Source: Octopus bimaculoides (taxonomy: Eukaryota). From it: DNA of 64,000 nucleotides. Location: NCBI RefSeq assembly GCF_001194135.2, contig NC_068981.1, forward strand, positions 129,537,227-129,601,226, given 5' to 3'. Positions within the stretch are counted from its first letter, which is position 1. Every line of letters begins with the position of its first letter. Positions 51,988 through 59,400 of the stretch are shown here, piece after piece. The notes under the pieces were generated by a model that searched no databases, had not been told where the DNA came from, and saw nothing but the letters and a program-made list of their open reading frames with translations. Made by a program: the position numbers and the translations under genes.

Positions 51988-53865
51988 CCTTTCTAATATA
52001 GGCACAAAGCCCGAAATTTGAGGGGAGGGGGCTAGTATATTACAGGACCCCCAGTGCTCAACTAATCCTTAATTTATTGACCTTGAAAGAATGAAAGGCA
52101 AAATCAACCTCAGTCGAATAATAATAATAATAATAATAACAATAATAGATTTGGATATATTGATGAACCCTAACAAACTTGCCAACATAAGGAGATACAT
52201 TCTCAAAACAAAAAAATACCAGAAATTGATGATTAAAAAAACATTCAGACAAATACAAAACCAAAATACCAGGACTTACGAATGTATATAAATACAGAAA
52301 ATAGCACCACTAAACACTGTGCACATCCTATGTAAAGCACTTTCAATACAGTAAAGATAAGAACACCACAACAAACCCAAAATATACAACTTACTTTTCT
52401 TCCACTGTTGGAATTTTACCATCATGTACAGACATGTAATGTTTTTCCAAGGCATCTTGAGAGGGTAATGGTTTTTTGCAAAGTGGACAGAGGAAACCTT
52501 CCTAAAAAGATTTAGAAAATAAAAAAAGGATTTTGTCCATAAGCATAAACATTTAGATACAGCAGTTAATAACAAAGAGAAATTGTTCTAATTGTGTATA
52601 AAAGATAAGCAATGATTTATTGACTGAGAACTTACTGTTGCAATAGAGTTATCAAATGATTTCTCTTGTATACACTTACTCAAGAATAATTAATTGTTAA
52701 AGCAAATAAGCTTCGCTTTGCTACAGGGCGCAATTTTAATTATTTTTATCAATCAAACATTTTCTCAGTTCAATACAATAAGTATGTTAGCCTTCACAAA
52801 AGTATAAGTGTTTTGCATGCAGAATGTATCTCTGAGAAATTTCTTATAGTCAATATTTTAAGTTACCAAGTTAGTGAATGCTTTTTTTTCACTCAAATTT
52901 TTATATGCCTCAAACACCAAGAATCTGGTATGTATGGGTAATACTAGGCTTTATTGAGTAGGTCAGCATTTTCCCTTTCTTTATTAAAAATTGTTACAAG
53001 CAAGGCCACAGACTGCTTCTAGATGTGATATTAATGTCATAAAAGCCCTATAGATCTATGCATATTTAAGAAAGCAATAAAATAATTGATAAAATATATA
53101 AATGAAATACGAAATAATAAATACAGTAAAGGTGTTAATAAAAAGAAATAAAATGAGATGATGAATAAAAGATCTGATAAAAATATCAAAATGAACAAAA
53201 CAGCCAGCATTACTATGAATGTCTTGAGTAGGCATAGTACTTAACATAAGATCAACTTCACTTCCTGTCACTACTCAAGTTGTCTCTTGACATTTTGACA
53301 GTAATTAATCCTTGAAGCTAATGTCTGTTTATTACAGCTGTAATTTTCATTAATTAAACACTTTTTAGGCTCATACTTTAAGTATATTAGTCCCCAATTA
53401 ACAAAGGATGTTTATTTATTGTCTTAGTGTTTTAATGGTTGCTATTTTAGTAATAATAAATTTCTCTTTCTCAGTAGCAATTTTTTGCCTCTCACCTTCT
53501 GTCTTTACCTGCTTATCTGTCTTGGAACTTTGTCTCACATTAGCTATAAATCTAGCTGCTTTGCATCCTCTAATTCTTTCTTCAGTTACCTGATTCTGAC
53601 CCCTCCAATGCATAATCATTTCGAACATTTATTAGTTCTTTTCTTCCTATTCTCCCATGCACACTCAGCATCGTATTTGATATCTAAGAACTTTACACAA
53701 AAATACTATAATAAAAGTGATGACAGCTAAAGAGGATGAAGAACTTCCCAGAATACTTACACCACCATCAGCATAATCTCTTTTGATAACATTGTGTTCT
53801 TGGAAATGGTTCTGAAGGATTTCTGCTGAATTAAATGTTTTCATACACTGAGGACAAATGAAACC
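2195..53865 (-). CDS. EEA1: Early endosome antigen 1, multi-exon gene, partial at both ends (26 exons, 978 codons in window)
   Basis: join(complement): 53761-53865, 52395-52501, 49515-49635, 48015-48078, 47361-47467, 45009-45095, 44265-44323, 42958-43098, 41163-41231, 38692-38797, 37240-37407, 35992-36159, 30762-30899, 29819-29905, 28297-28379, 27699-27792, 26411-26464, 25815-26045, 23609-23743, 22711-22839, 21449-21571, 19067-19165, 15868-15990, 13087-13173, 7120-7260, 2195-2302. All introns GT-AG, phases chain with no stop. Matches to recalled human EEA1: GFICPQCMK, LKDEQWYVTELKKELEKYQ (human LKEEKWYSEELKKELEKYQ), EQKAAKL, RPEEDDATVLKQELISVQTLM, IEAGEGAETAINQL (human IQAGEGETAVLNQL), ELLLASETSRTTERVDLENHL. 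Confidence 0.95.
5041..5250 (+). mobile_element. tRNA-derived SINE family A, 3' half, preceded by (GT)n
   Basis: gcttgacaac..ccccataacatagcgg..agaataagtacc..cagcatggtcacagtc, shared with other family A copies. Confidence 0.7.
5262..5700 (-). mobile_element. tRNA-derived SINE family A, near full length
   Basis: Reverse complement has head ggcatggttgtgcggtaagacatttgcttcc..gttccaagttcagtccc, the same body and an internal (TA/TG)n. Confidence 0.75.
7120..7260 (-). CDS. EEA1: EEA1 exon e25
   Basis: ttacag|ISELTEKHNATCEDKCQVETQLEEVRKNLESKAGELESEKKAFEDKE|gtaata; 141 nt, phase 0-0. Confidence 0.87.
7380..7750. repeat. Degenerate ~28-31-nt tandem repeat
   Basis: Recurrent tactgctg..catatctctagcag units. 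Confidence 0.6.
8579..8790. mobile_element. piggyBac-like MITE family 1 (opposite-orientation copy 54157-54378 plus partial 54375-54528)
   Basis: TTAA|CCCTTTAGCATTCA ... TGAATGCT(A)AAGGG|TTAA-type termini; no coding capacity. Confidence 0.65.
10945..11405 (+). mobile_element. SINE family A, interrupted by an RTE 3' tail (11165-11235, minus)
   Basis: Head ggcatagctgtgtggtaagaa; body replaced locally by (cat)n-cgtttaacatccgctttccatgctagcatggg; 3' end gactgaaacaagcaaaagaata. Confidence 0.8.
13087..13173 (-). CDS. EEA1: EEA1 exon e24
   Basis: ttgcag|LQQSSEKSNKELTHRLEKALSIQKELEKQ|gtaagt; 87 nt, phase 0-0. Confidence 0.87.
14604..15506 (+). mobile_element. Internally deleted mariner transposon
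   Basis: TIRs gaaggtggtatcaaaaagttcctagactagtt / aactagtcctggaactctttgataccacctc; left TA; N-terminal MDKKLEQRANVNFC..GKSATET..WHGCFKNGR..LEDDE and C-terminal FHLFPKIKMQLKG remnants with stops and frameshifts. Confidence 0.85.
15868..15990 (-). CDS. EEA1: EEA1 exon e23
   Basis: ttttttag|INTLEQKNKDSENIEKLFDTTKTNLEESSLKCNNLAKTLEK|gtgagt; 123 nt, phase 0-0. Confidence 0.86.
16680..17545. repeat. Complex CA/CAT/TA microsatellite region with N gap 17128-17233
   Basis: Low-complexity cacacatacac arrays; source of the spurious HT-rich and CV-rich ORFs. Confidence 0.9.
17556..17779 (+). mobile_element. Short mariner-derived MITE
   Basis: Imperfect TIRs ggg..agttcgtgccgattt / aaattggcacgaact..ccc; retains transposase C-terminus FWEEGIFKLKERWRHIVQQNGSYLVD*. 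Confidence 0.7.
19067..19165 (-). CDS. EEA1: EEA1 exon e22
   Basis: ttgtag|TNEANIKENSSLREKLEKSEARIATLSAELNSS|gtaagt; 99 nt, phase 0-0. Confidence 0.86.
19480..19945 (+). mobile_element. Non-LTR retrotransposon RT/thumb relic, R2-superfamily Hero-like
   Basis: GQPVKSLGKVF and WVQQHAILLKILQPLPLY..TLEILERKMNRFSRRWLGLARSLSSIALY, resembling the recalled Hero motif PVKSLGK..LPRILWPL..RRWLGLPRSLSSIALY. Confidence 0.6.
20115..20190 (-). ncRNA. Hammerhead ribozyme motif, intact core (left arm of foldback element 1, intron e21-e22)
   Basis: Minus strand: CCUUU-CUGAUGA-GUAC...GUGU-GAAA-CCAAUUGG-UA-AAAU; core at 20173-20179 and 20126-20139; helix I short (about 3 bp). Confidence 0.6.
20215..20290 (+). 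ncRNA. Degenerate hammerhead motif (right arm of foldback element 1)
   Basis: CTGATGA 20226-20232, GCAT...GTGT, GAAA 20265-20268, CCAATTGG 20269-20276, then CA instead of TA (invariant U16.1 mutated). Confidence 0.55.
20850..20998. other. Assembly gap (other gaps: 17128-17233, 31579-31993)
   Basis: Runs of N. Confidence 1.
21449..21571 (-). CDS. EEA1: EEA1 exon e21
   Basis: ctctag|KKLLAQKEETISQLEQNVEEITKHFKKTSSQLKQTTKEMNK|gtaagg; 123 nt, phase 0-0. Confidence 0.87.
22711..22839 (-). CDS. EEA1: EEA1 exon e20
   Basis: ttacag|QKEELKGKTSKNDQLDDALKKQTNFNNQLILKCSGIERELDEN|gtatgt; 129 nt, phase 0-0. Confidence 0.87.
23609..23743 (-). CDS. EEA1: EEA1 exon e19
   Basis: atttag|SELLLASETSRTTERVDLENHLQTSHNLVEEKVTEINRLKQEIEQ|gttatc; 135 nt, phase 0-0; human TELLLSAEAAKTAQRADLQNHL. 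Confidence 0.92.
25100..25560 (-). mobile_element. Possible LINE endonuclease-RT linker relic
   Basis: Minus-strand frame reads LAEELN*ANSAPYIDAEWKNLRRSIVRIA; weak resemblance only. Confidence 0.3.
25815..26045 (-). CDS. EEA1: EEA1 exon e18
   Basis: ttctag|NNLTEKVNNLEQELDRKCTESTQESESLHTQLQEVKSQLDGKKDHVQKLESNLEEKNEKVANLQLQLQQLQGELQTK|gttaga; 231 nt, phase 0-0. Confidence 0.9.
26134..26208. repeat. (TA)n microsatellite. Others include (CA)n 5963-6040, (GA)n 45888-45931, (TAA)n about 51940-51986
   Basis: Directly visible perfect repeats. Confidence 0.95.
26411..26464 (-). CDS. EEA1: EEA1 exon e17
   Basis: ttacag|IEAGEGAETAINQLKQEN|gtacgt; 54 nt, phase 0-0; human IQAGEGETAVLNQLQEKN. Confidence 0.93.
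27699..27792 (-). CDS. EEA1: EEA1 exon e16
   Basis: atacag|EEKLKEMEEQTENLRKDIQRLEVERTDLINK|gtttga; 94 nt, phase 2-0; human LLEKEREDLYAK. Confidence 0.9.
27928..28210. repeat. 23-nt minisatellite, ~12 degenerate units
   Basis: Consensus ctaaactccacactcaaatgtta; first units start at 27928 and 27951. Confidence 0.85.
28297..28379 (-). CDS. EEA1: EEA1 exon e15
   Basis: caatag|EKFSDELKAEVREKSTQLQESLRKFAL|gtaagt; 83 nt, phase 0-2. Confidence 0.87.
29819..29905 (-). CDS. EEA1: EEA1 exon e14
   Basis: attcag|LQNTLETSQVQVKDLERELEMMNQQFEAK|gtaagt; 87 nt, phase 0-0. Confidence 0.88.
30762..30899 (-). CDS. EEA1: EEA1 exon e13
   Basis: tttcag|LEKTVEERNSEISSLQTQLAEMRTDMQGQLHKKEQSLNEVKQQTDK|gtttga; 138 nt, phase 0-0. 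Confidence 0.87.
31277..32496 (+). mobile_element. Solo LTR (Gypsy-like by TSD length), containing a 415-nt N gap
   Basis: TGTA...TACA ends with 4-bp TSD gttt (31273-31276, 32497-32500); CACGTG at 31382 and 31470; CCAAT at 31447 and 31505; TATAAATA at 31518; AATAAA at 32423; CpG-rich compared with flanks. Confidence 0.75.
33250..34854 (-). mobile_element. Merlin-superfamily (IS1595/ISXO2-like) DNA transposon, degenerate
   Basis: 28-bp TIRs at 33250-33277 and 34827-34854 (27/28 identical); 8-bp TSD caaagact/caaagacc; ORF 34069-34479 has IFLYAVPCWNRDILEECIHHSILPATTIFSNLWWVY..HRTVNHS..GTYTQQVESAW. Confidence 0.85.
34934..35330 (+). mobile_element. tRNA-derived SINE family C, well preserved
   Basis: A-box-like tggcccagtggttagg, B-box-like gtttcgattccc, CpG-rich body, (AAC)n tail at about 35300-35330. 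Confidence 0.8.
35992..36159 (-). CDS. EEA1: EEA1 exon e12
   Basis: ttccag|LKEDCKKYQDMSLEHSNKINELHCHLDGKAGKTSSLEQLLEEKETKLVETNERIVK|gtaaat; 168 nt, phase 0-0. Confidence 0.88.
36535..36960 (+). mobile_element. RTE LINE reverse-transcriptase fragment
   Basis: LFIIVLQAITEEFKTGCPWKLLYADDLVV then (frameshift) ELEKKFQVWKQ..LRINLAKTKVLV. Confidence 0.85.
37240..37407 (-). CDS. EEA1: EEA1 exon e11
   Basis: ttttaag|FEEELKYYQQKHDEHSKSLSQLESELVSHKNQLGELQQKLEEKEDDCTKLNLDNQQ|gtaagt; 168 nt, phase 0-0; AAG acceptor. Confidence 0.88.
38692..38797 (-). CDS. EEA1: EEA1 exon e10
   Basis: ttccag|LHSELNSKQSAIHQLELQVEKKNNSILEIKNEKTK|gtaagt; 106 nt, phase 2-0. Confidence 0.88.
38868..39510 (-). mobile_element. 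RTE 3' UTR or RTE-dependent SINE. Other copies: 14405-14528(-), 20333-20765(-), 27170-27600(+), 41573-41900(-), 43770-44005(+), 46845-46950(+), 47640-47985(+), 61692-61735(+)
   Basis: (cat)n-cgtttaacatccgctttccatgctagcatgggttggacga..ctacagctggatgcccttc..gtgcttttacgtg. Confidence 0.8.
39984..40332 (+). mobile_element. tRNA-derived SINE family B, one full copy plus a tandem truncated copy. Others near 22405-22560(-), 27015-27165(+), 47097-47315(-), 51985-52115(-), 54935-55095(-), 55880-56090(+)
   Basis: gagctggcagaatcgttagca..gagttcaaattc..gactttgcctttcatcctttc..ccttgtgccaaaatttgaaacc, with (TTA)n flanks. Confidence 0.8.
41163..41231 (-). CDS. EEA1: EEA1 exon e9
   Basis: ttttag|TLKQVGHLEAQLNSLPKSADLS|gtaagt; 69 nt, phase 2-2. 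Confidence 0.85.
42360..42553. mobile_element. piggyBac-like MITE family 2 (other copies about 55630-55857; end fragment 44015-44053)
   Basis: TTAA|CCCTTTAGTTACC ... TAGTATCAAAAGGG|TTAA. Confidence 0.65.
42958..43098 (-). CDS. EEA1: EEA1 exon e8
   Basis: atttag|PEEDDATVLKQELISVQTLMNKVNLEREKEKEDLEKLYNDLRIKHE|gtaagt; 141 nt, phase 2-2; strong match to human PGIEDVAVLKKELVQVQTLM. Confidence 0.93.
43695..43770. repeat. 27-nt tandem repeat, 3 copies
   Basis: catacaaacaggcttgtcctttacatc x3, abutting an RTE-tail insertion. Confidence 0.8.
44265..44323 (-). CDS. EEA1: EEA1 exon e7
   Basis: cttcag|QQLEDKTQQVEKLENQLSL(R)|gtaaaa; 59 nt, phase 0-2. Confidence 0.88.
45009..45095 (-). CDS. EEA1: EEA1 exon e6
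   Basis: ttaacag|AGDIVTAKALADEVFGQKAALEDHIATLK|gtgaag; 87 nt, phase 0-0. Confidence 0.88.
45935..46555 (+). mobile_element. 5'-truncated RTE LINE: ORF end, 3' UTR and (GAT)n tail
   Basis: GTCGRGRPKKT-like remnant, then ggcacgtaaaaagcaccc..ggaagggcaaccagctgt..catgaaaagcagacattaaacgatgac; same family as 1-315 and 27170-27600. Confidence 0.8.
46557..46786. mobile_element. Tc1/mariner-type MITE with perfect 31-bp TIRs
   Basis: cagggttggccaaaagtcacctgacagtaaa ... tttactgtcaggtgacttttggccaaccctg; TA on the left flank. Confidence 0.85.
47361..47467 (-). CDS. EEA1: EEA1 exon e5
   Basis: caacag|AKELRAMATDLTETKKQLEEVNQVKAGIEQKAAKL|gtaagt; 107 nt, phase 1-0. Confidence 0.9.
48015..48078 (-). CDS. EEA1: EEA1 exon e4
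   Basis: caacag|EREEFEFYRVQMKSFEENQNV|gtaagt; 64 nt, phase 0-1. Confidence 0.85.
48625..49062 (+). mobile_element. RTE LINE 3' fragment, second family
   Basis: ORF 48633-48986 MVREMCGMKLFDK..WYGHGLRRDEEHVLRRVFEFEVNG..QGRPRKTW; (GAT)n tail near 49048-49062. Confidence 0.8.
49515..49635 (-). CDS. EEA1: EEA1 exon e3
   Basis: ccctcag|SQMEELKKQLKDEQWYVTELKKELEKYQEGTDGAMPFTKK|gtaaat; 121 nt, phase 2-0. Confidence 0.93.
52395..52501 (-). CDS. EEA1: EEA1 exon e2, C2H2 zinc finger 2
   Basis: tttttag|EGFLCPLCKKPLPSQDALEKHYMSVHDGKIPTVEE(K)|gtaagt; 107 nt, phase 0-2, the phase needed to join e1 to e3; C-x2-C-x12-H-x4-H. Confidence 0.92.
53761..53865 (-). CDS. EEA1: EEA1 exon e1, C2H2 zinc finger 1
   Basis: ttcag|GFICPQCMKTFNSAEILQNHFQEHNVIKRDYADGG|gtaagt; 105 nt, phase 0-0; C-x2-C-x12-H-x3-H. 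Confidence 0.92.
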
Positions 53866-56333
53866 CTGAAAAAATACATCATAAACATAAAAATAAAAAA
53901 CAAACTTTTAATGAGCTCAATTATCATCATTGACTTAACACTCATCTGTGTCCCAGATGACTGGAAATAATGTTGATGAAGAAGAGATTTCATTATGTTC
54001 TAGCTACTTATCTGGCTCCAGTTACAATAGCTGCAAGAGGATTACATAACCTGAGTCATTTCTATTATTATAACAAATAGTTACCACATTTGATAAAAAC
54101 ATTTTTTTTCTATTGAACAATCTATATTATATTTTCATTCAAACCTATATCATATGTTTACCCTTTAGTATTCATATTACTCTGTCAAATATAATGTTTG
54201 ATTATATAAATTGTTTTGAATTTATCAAGCACTATCTTGTAGTTTAGAGACATTGTGATTGTTTAATTTTAGAATGACATTGCAGGGTTGAGGTGAAAAG
54301 CCAGATCTGACCACTTTCAACATAAAACAGGTTAAATATTTTGGCCAGAGATGGTCAGTTTGAATGCTAAAGGGTTAATCATGCATTATCTTGTAGCTTT
54401 GAGATTCCAACAAAGTGATTGTTTATTTGTAGAATGATATTATAGGGAAGGTATGAGACTGAATCAAGTTGATTTCAACATAACAGAGGTAGAATACTTG
54501 GGCCGGATATGGCCAGTTTAAATGCTATTTCCATTTACTGTTGCAGAAGAAGAGATAAGAATTTGGTCTGACAGTGTTGCTGCTATTTAGCCCCAAGCCA
54601 ACCCTGGTGCTAAACAAGCAAATCCATAGGCTAGAGCATTTTCTTAAATTGCTGCATTGTAAAAAATGAGTATAAAACTGCTTCTGTATTCTAGCATCCT
54701 CCAAGATTCTTTGCAACTCTTTCTAGAAATTTTCTCAGTAATGGGTACCAGCTTATCCAAAAACGTTACTTGTGGGAAAATTACCAGACTATCTGGTGTA
54801 ATGTTAAATGCAATACCAAGTAGTTAGTAAGTTGAATGTTCACACACGTAAGGTTCTTGCAACATTATTATCCTCTTTTGCTTGTTAATTTTAGAAATTT
54901 CACTTAATGTATACATACATCTCAATATAGATAAAGATTACATCAACCCCATTACTTGACTGGTATTTTATTTATCAACCCCAAAAGGATGAAAGGCAAA
55001 ATTAACCTCAGCAGAATTTGAACTCAGAAGATAAAGAGCAAAAACTAATGATGCAAAGTATTTTTTTCTGATGTGCGAGGAATTCTGCCTGCTGGTCTGA
55101 TTTTTCTATATTGGTTTATATTTATGGGTTTACATCTCAGCTGTGTATCATCTCATTTAAGGTTCAATATTCTGATCTAACTACTTTTTCCATAATCTTT
55201 CTAGGTTTACCTCTACTGCAGATATTCTCTAACATCAACACAACACTTTTTCACCCAGAATGTTAACATTTGTAAACATGGGAATCCTTAAAATAATATT
55301 TTGTGAAAATATTCCTTCTATTTTTTAATATGCATCATAAATAGAAGTGTGAGACACAAGGACTGTAAGGACCTAAAGGGCAAAAGTTCAACTGCCACCA
55401 CAATGTCAATGCAAAAAGCTATAGGAATCTGTAAAACAGTGTTCAAATGATTCACAGAATCAGCTAACCCAACCTAATGTGAACAAATGGTGCTTTTTAC
55501 TTACGTGACACCATCACCAATACTTTTACCATTAGCACATTTGTTTCACTAATGATGGGGTCTTTCAATTTACCACATTCCTGCTCATAAATCTCTTAAT
55601 TCTTCACTAGGCCTTATAATGTGAGAACATTTTTTTTATTTACCATATTTCTGTTGAAATACAGTTTTACTTTGAAATAATCTCCCCAAAATGAAGAATG
55701 TAATAAAATAAATCAGCCTTGTCATTATTTACGTGATGTTTGAAACAAATTAACATGAAAGTTTAATGAGAAATTTTAACTTCAATCACTTTAAAACAGG
55801 AAGTTTGTACCATAGAACCAGGAGCAGTCTTGGACAAGTTAGTATCAAAAGGGTTAATATGACAGGTATAGAAAAGACTGTGAGCTGGCGGAATCATTAG
55901 CATTCTGGGTAAAATGCTTAGCAGCATTTTGTCTGTCTTTACATTCTGAGTTCAAATTCCACTGAGGTTGACTTTGCTTTTCATCCTTTCAGGGTTTGAT
56001 AAAATAAGTACTAGTTGAGCACTGGGGTCGATGTAAGCAACTTGCCCCCTCCCACCGGACTTGCTGGCTTTGTGCCAAAATCTTAAACTAGTACTGTAAG
56101 TGTAGCAGATATTCAGCAGCTAAGGATAATGCAATTTGTATAGACCATGAAGATCTGAATTAAGATGCTTCATGAAAACTAGTTTGGTACCTTATGTTTC
56201 TGAATTTGAATCAAGTTAGGGACAGAAGAAGGGACAGCGGTTGGATGAAATTAAGGAAGAGACTACTGGAAACAGCTGTAAGTCTAATTTACTACAATGA
56301 AGAAACAAGTAATGACCGTTATTTTTACCTTGT

Positions 56334-56369
<36 letters not shown>

Positions 56370-58240
56370 CCGAAAAGCATAGTATTAAATATCCATCACA
56401 GCTGATCTTACCGATCAGTTTCACGTAGAGAATACAATGTAGTGTTAGGTAACAATCTGATTATATAACTTTATGCTCATCAGAGTTAGCCGATATGGAA
56501 GGGAATATGGCGACTGCTCTCTATTGTCGGAGGTTGATTAGCACAACTGATCAGTAGCTGCTGTGAAAGAAGGTGGTGAAAAAAAAAAGGCACCAGGGGA
56601 TTAAGTTAGGAGTTATGTCCCTTGGTTGGGTAAGAGTTATCTTGAAGTGGGGAAGATGTGTATTATTTATGTGGTGCTTCTGTGGGGATGGTGTGTGTGA
56701 TACGTGTAGTGGTGTCATATGCATAATTTATCTGGGGGTGTAAGTGTATATAGCTGTATTTGTTGGTCTGTTTTCTTTCTGTAGAGGATAAAATAGTGGG
56801 GTTTATTTTGTTAGTGTGTGGTGTGTAATGTGTGTGTTACGTGTAATGTGTGTGTGTGTGGGGGGGGGGTCTGTACATGTGTAGAGGTATAATTTGTGTG
56901 CAGGGATATGTTGGGGTGGTGAGAGACAGTTATATTGTGGCATGTCTGCCTTATGAGGGGGGATGTACATGGGTGCATTGGTGTGTACTTTGGTTAAACT
57001 CCTTTTGCCAGGCTCAAAGGCATTGGTGGAAAGTTGTTGGCAGAGGACCTGTGATTGCAGTCATGGTGGGGCATGCAGATACAATAGGATGTACTTCTTT
57101 TCATGCAGGCAAGGATTAAATACCTCACTCCTGCTGTTCAGGTAGACATCCGGGCGTTGGGTACCTTTTAAGATTGCTCTCTTATCAGCCAGGCATAATC
57201 TGCACTTCCTGCTGCTATTGAAGTACGGTTTGCATTTTTCTAGGGTCTTCCACTTTATGCTGTACTCTGTGGTGCTTTCTTTCAAAGCCCAGATGTGCTT
57301 GGCTAGGGTTGTGGTGTTATGTCTCTATGGGATGTTGAAGGAGGACTTGTGGTTATTAAAGTGGGTTCTGAAGGGACCTTCTGTTACCCCCACATATTTT
57401 CTCTCACTCGCTTGTCCATTGGGTCCTGTTGCTGTTACTTCTGCCTTGTAAACAACTGTCTCTGTATTGCAGTGGCTGTTCAGTGGACAAGTTGTGTTAC
57501 CCCTGCATGAGCATCCTGCCTCTGCATCAGGTGTAGGCCTACCTACAAAAATCTTTTTTACACTAGGTGCACAGCTAAAGGATAATCTCAGGGTGTGTCT
57601 ATTAAATATTTCACTGAATCTATTGATACAGGTGAAGTGTCTATCAACTAAACTAAGGAAGATCTTACCTACTCTGATCTTAATGTTTAAAGAGAATGAT
57701 GGCGTGAACCACAGTACTTTCTAGTAGCACTTTCTCTTGGTAGGGCTAGGATTCTGGTTGTAGTACGAAGCAGCAGCATCAAAGATCTCTTTGCTTGAAG
57801 ACAGGCTGGAGATTCTCCTGCTGACACCCTTAACTAGGTTCCTGAACACTATGGCTGGATGGCAGGAACCTGTATAAGACAACTTTTCATTTGGTTGCCT
57901 AAAGGGCCTATAGGTACCAGATTCTAGGTCCAGGTCAAGGAAATCTACAGTTTTCAGGTTGGTCTCTATAGTGACCTTCAGTCTGAGGGAGTTCATGGTG
58001 CTTGTGAGGTCCTTTCTGAGCCTATCTAGTGTGTGGCTGTTGGTGCCTCTTGATATTGCCAGTGTGTCATCCCTGTAGAGGACAAAGCTAGTTGAAGGGA
58101 ATTTCTTTTTTAGTATATCTAGGATGAAATACAGACTAGGTCACATACGCCTGCACTGTCAAAAGTACCCATAGCCAGCTCAAAGAAGCTCTCTAAATCA
58201 GTGTGTTTGGCCTAGGCAGACCTCTTACTGGGTTCTTCTG
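56370..58240 (-). mobile_element. Penelope-like retroelement, 5'-truncated (RT, GIY-YIG, 3' pLTR)
   Basis: FELAMGTFDSAG, LYRDD (about 58075), TVDFLDL..CHPAIVFRNLVKGVSRRISSLSSSKEIF, KWKTLEKCKPY..KCRLCL..LNSRSEVFNPCLHEKKY; hammerhead at the 3' end. Confidence 0.88.
56390..56498 (-). ncRNA. Hammerhead ribozyme motif at the 3' end of the Penelope copy 56370-58240
   Basis: Minus strand: CCAUAUCGGCUAACU-CUGAUGA-GCAU...ACGU-GAAA-CUGAUCGG-UA-AGAUCAGCUGUGAUGG; near-palindromic helix III, helix II partly decayed. Confidence 0.6.
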
Positions 58241-59129
58241 GCATGCATGATGTGTATCACACACATACATATATGCATCATCTTTGCTATATTTCACAAG
58301 TTTCAGTTAGCTGATCATATTGGAATTATTTCCCTTGCTTGTTTCTTTTTCAGATATTAAATACACCTAAGAGGAGTTTTGCTGACTAATTGCATGGATA
58401 AACTCAGATGAATACTTTCTTTAACTCACTCTGTTACATGTGAGATGTATATTTTGTTGCAGAAAGGTTAGTCTCATAGTCACAATGTTTCAAACAAATA
58501 AAAATGTTTTTAGATAAAAAAAAAAAAGAAGTACTAAGTTCTAACAAGAACCAACAGTGAACTCTCAGTTAAAAATATGTATTGATCTTTTTAAACAATC
58601 CTGAATGATTCTGGCATTTACATGACATTTTCCCATGCTGCCGAAAAGCTGATACATGGGAAATTTTATAAATTAGAAACTTTATTTCATTTAAGCACTT
58701 TTCTATTCAAATAGAATCATTCAAATATCCTGCATCAATATTGAAAAAAAAAAAAAAGTTAAGAAGTAACAAGTAAGTAGAGACTTCTAATAACAAGAGC
58801 AGTTATTTCTTTATGAAGTAGGATACATTTACATATATGAAAAGTGAAATAAAAATAAGCACAAAATGCAAAGCATTATGCAGTTCAAAAATTCAATCAA
58901 CGAAAATTGTTGTTGTTTAGCTGCAAGTCAATCATAGACGATCAATGGCAATCTACTCATGATCATTCCATCATCTTGTTTCACACAATATATTTAAGAT
59001 AGAATTGTTATTTCCACTAAGTAAAAGAGAGAAGAGCAGTATCCATCACTATTTTATTTCAGGGACTCTGAAACTGGTAGGAGAGAAGGAGGTTGTCTTT
59101 AAACTAGAGACAGTGTTTTAGGAGATTAC

Positions 59130-59400
59130 ATTATATGAAATAATGTATTAAGACAACACAGAATACTGTATTAGGACAACATGATGTGTGGAATATCGCA
59201 TTAAAGACATCACAGCAATAGGAGCTGGAGCTTACAGTTTGTAGATTACCATGTTAGTGAGAGTTACAGTGCATGAAATACTACATGATATCATATTGTG
59301 TGGAATATGGTGAGTGGTATGACAGAGTGTGGAATACTCAGAGAGTGACATCACAGTGAGTGGAATATTGTGTGATATAGAGTATGAAACATCATATTAA
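59130..59400. repeat. Degenerate tandem repeat
   Basis: Recurrent gtgtggaata / catcacag units. Confidence 0.5.

Noticed and set aside
52115-52290. Lys-rich plus-strand ORF, possible Penelope fragment
   Set aside because: Too short and low-complexity to assign.
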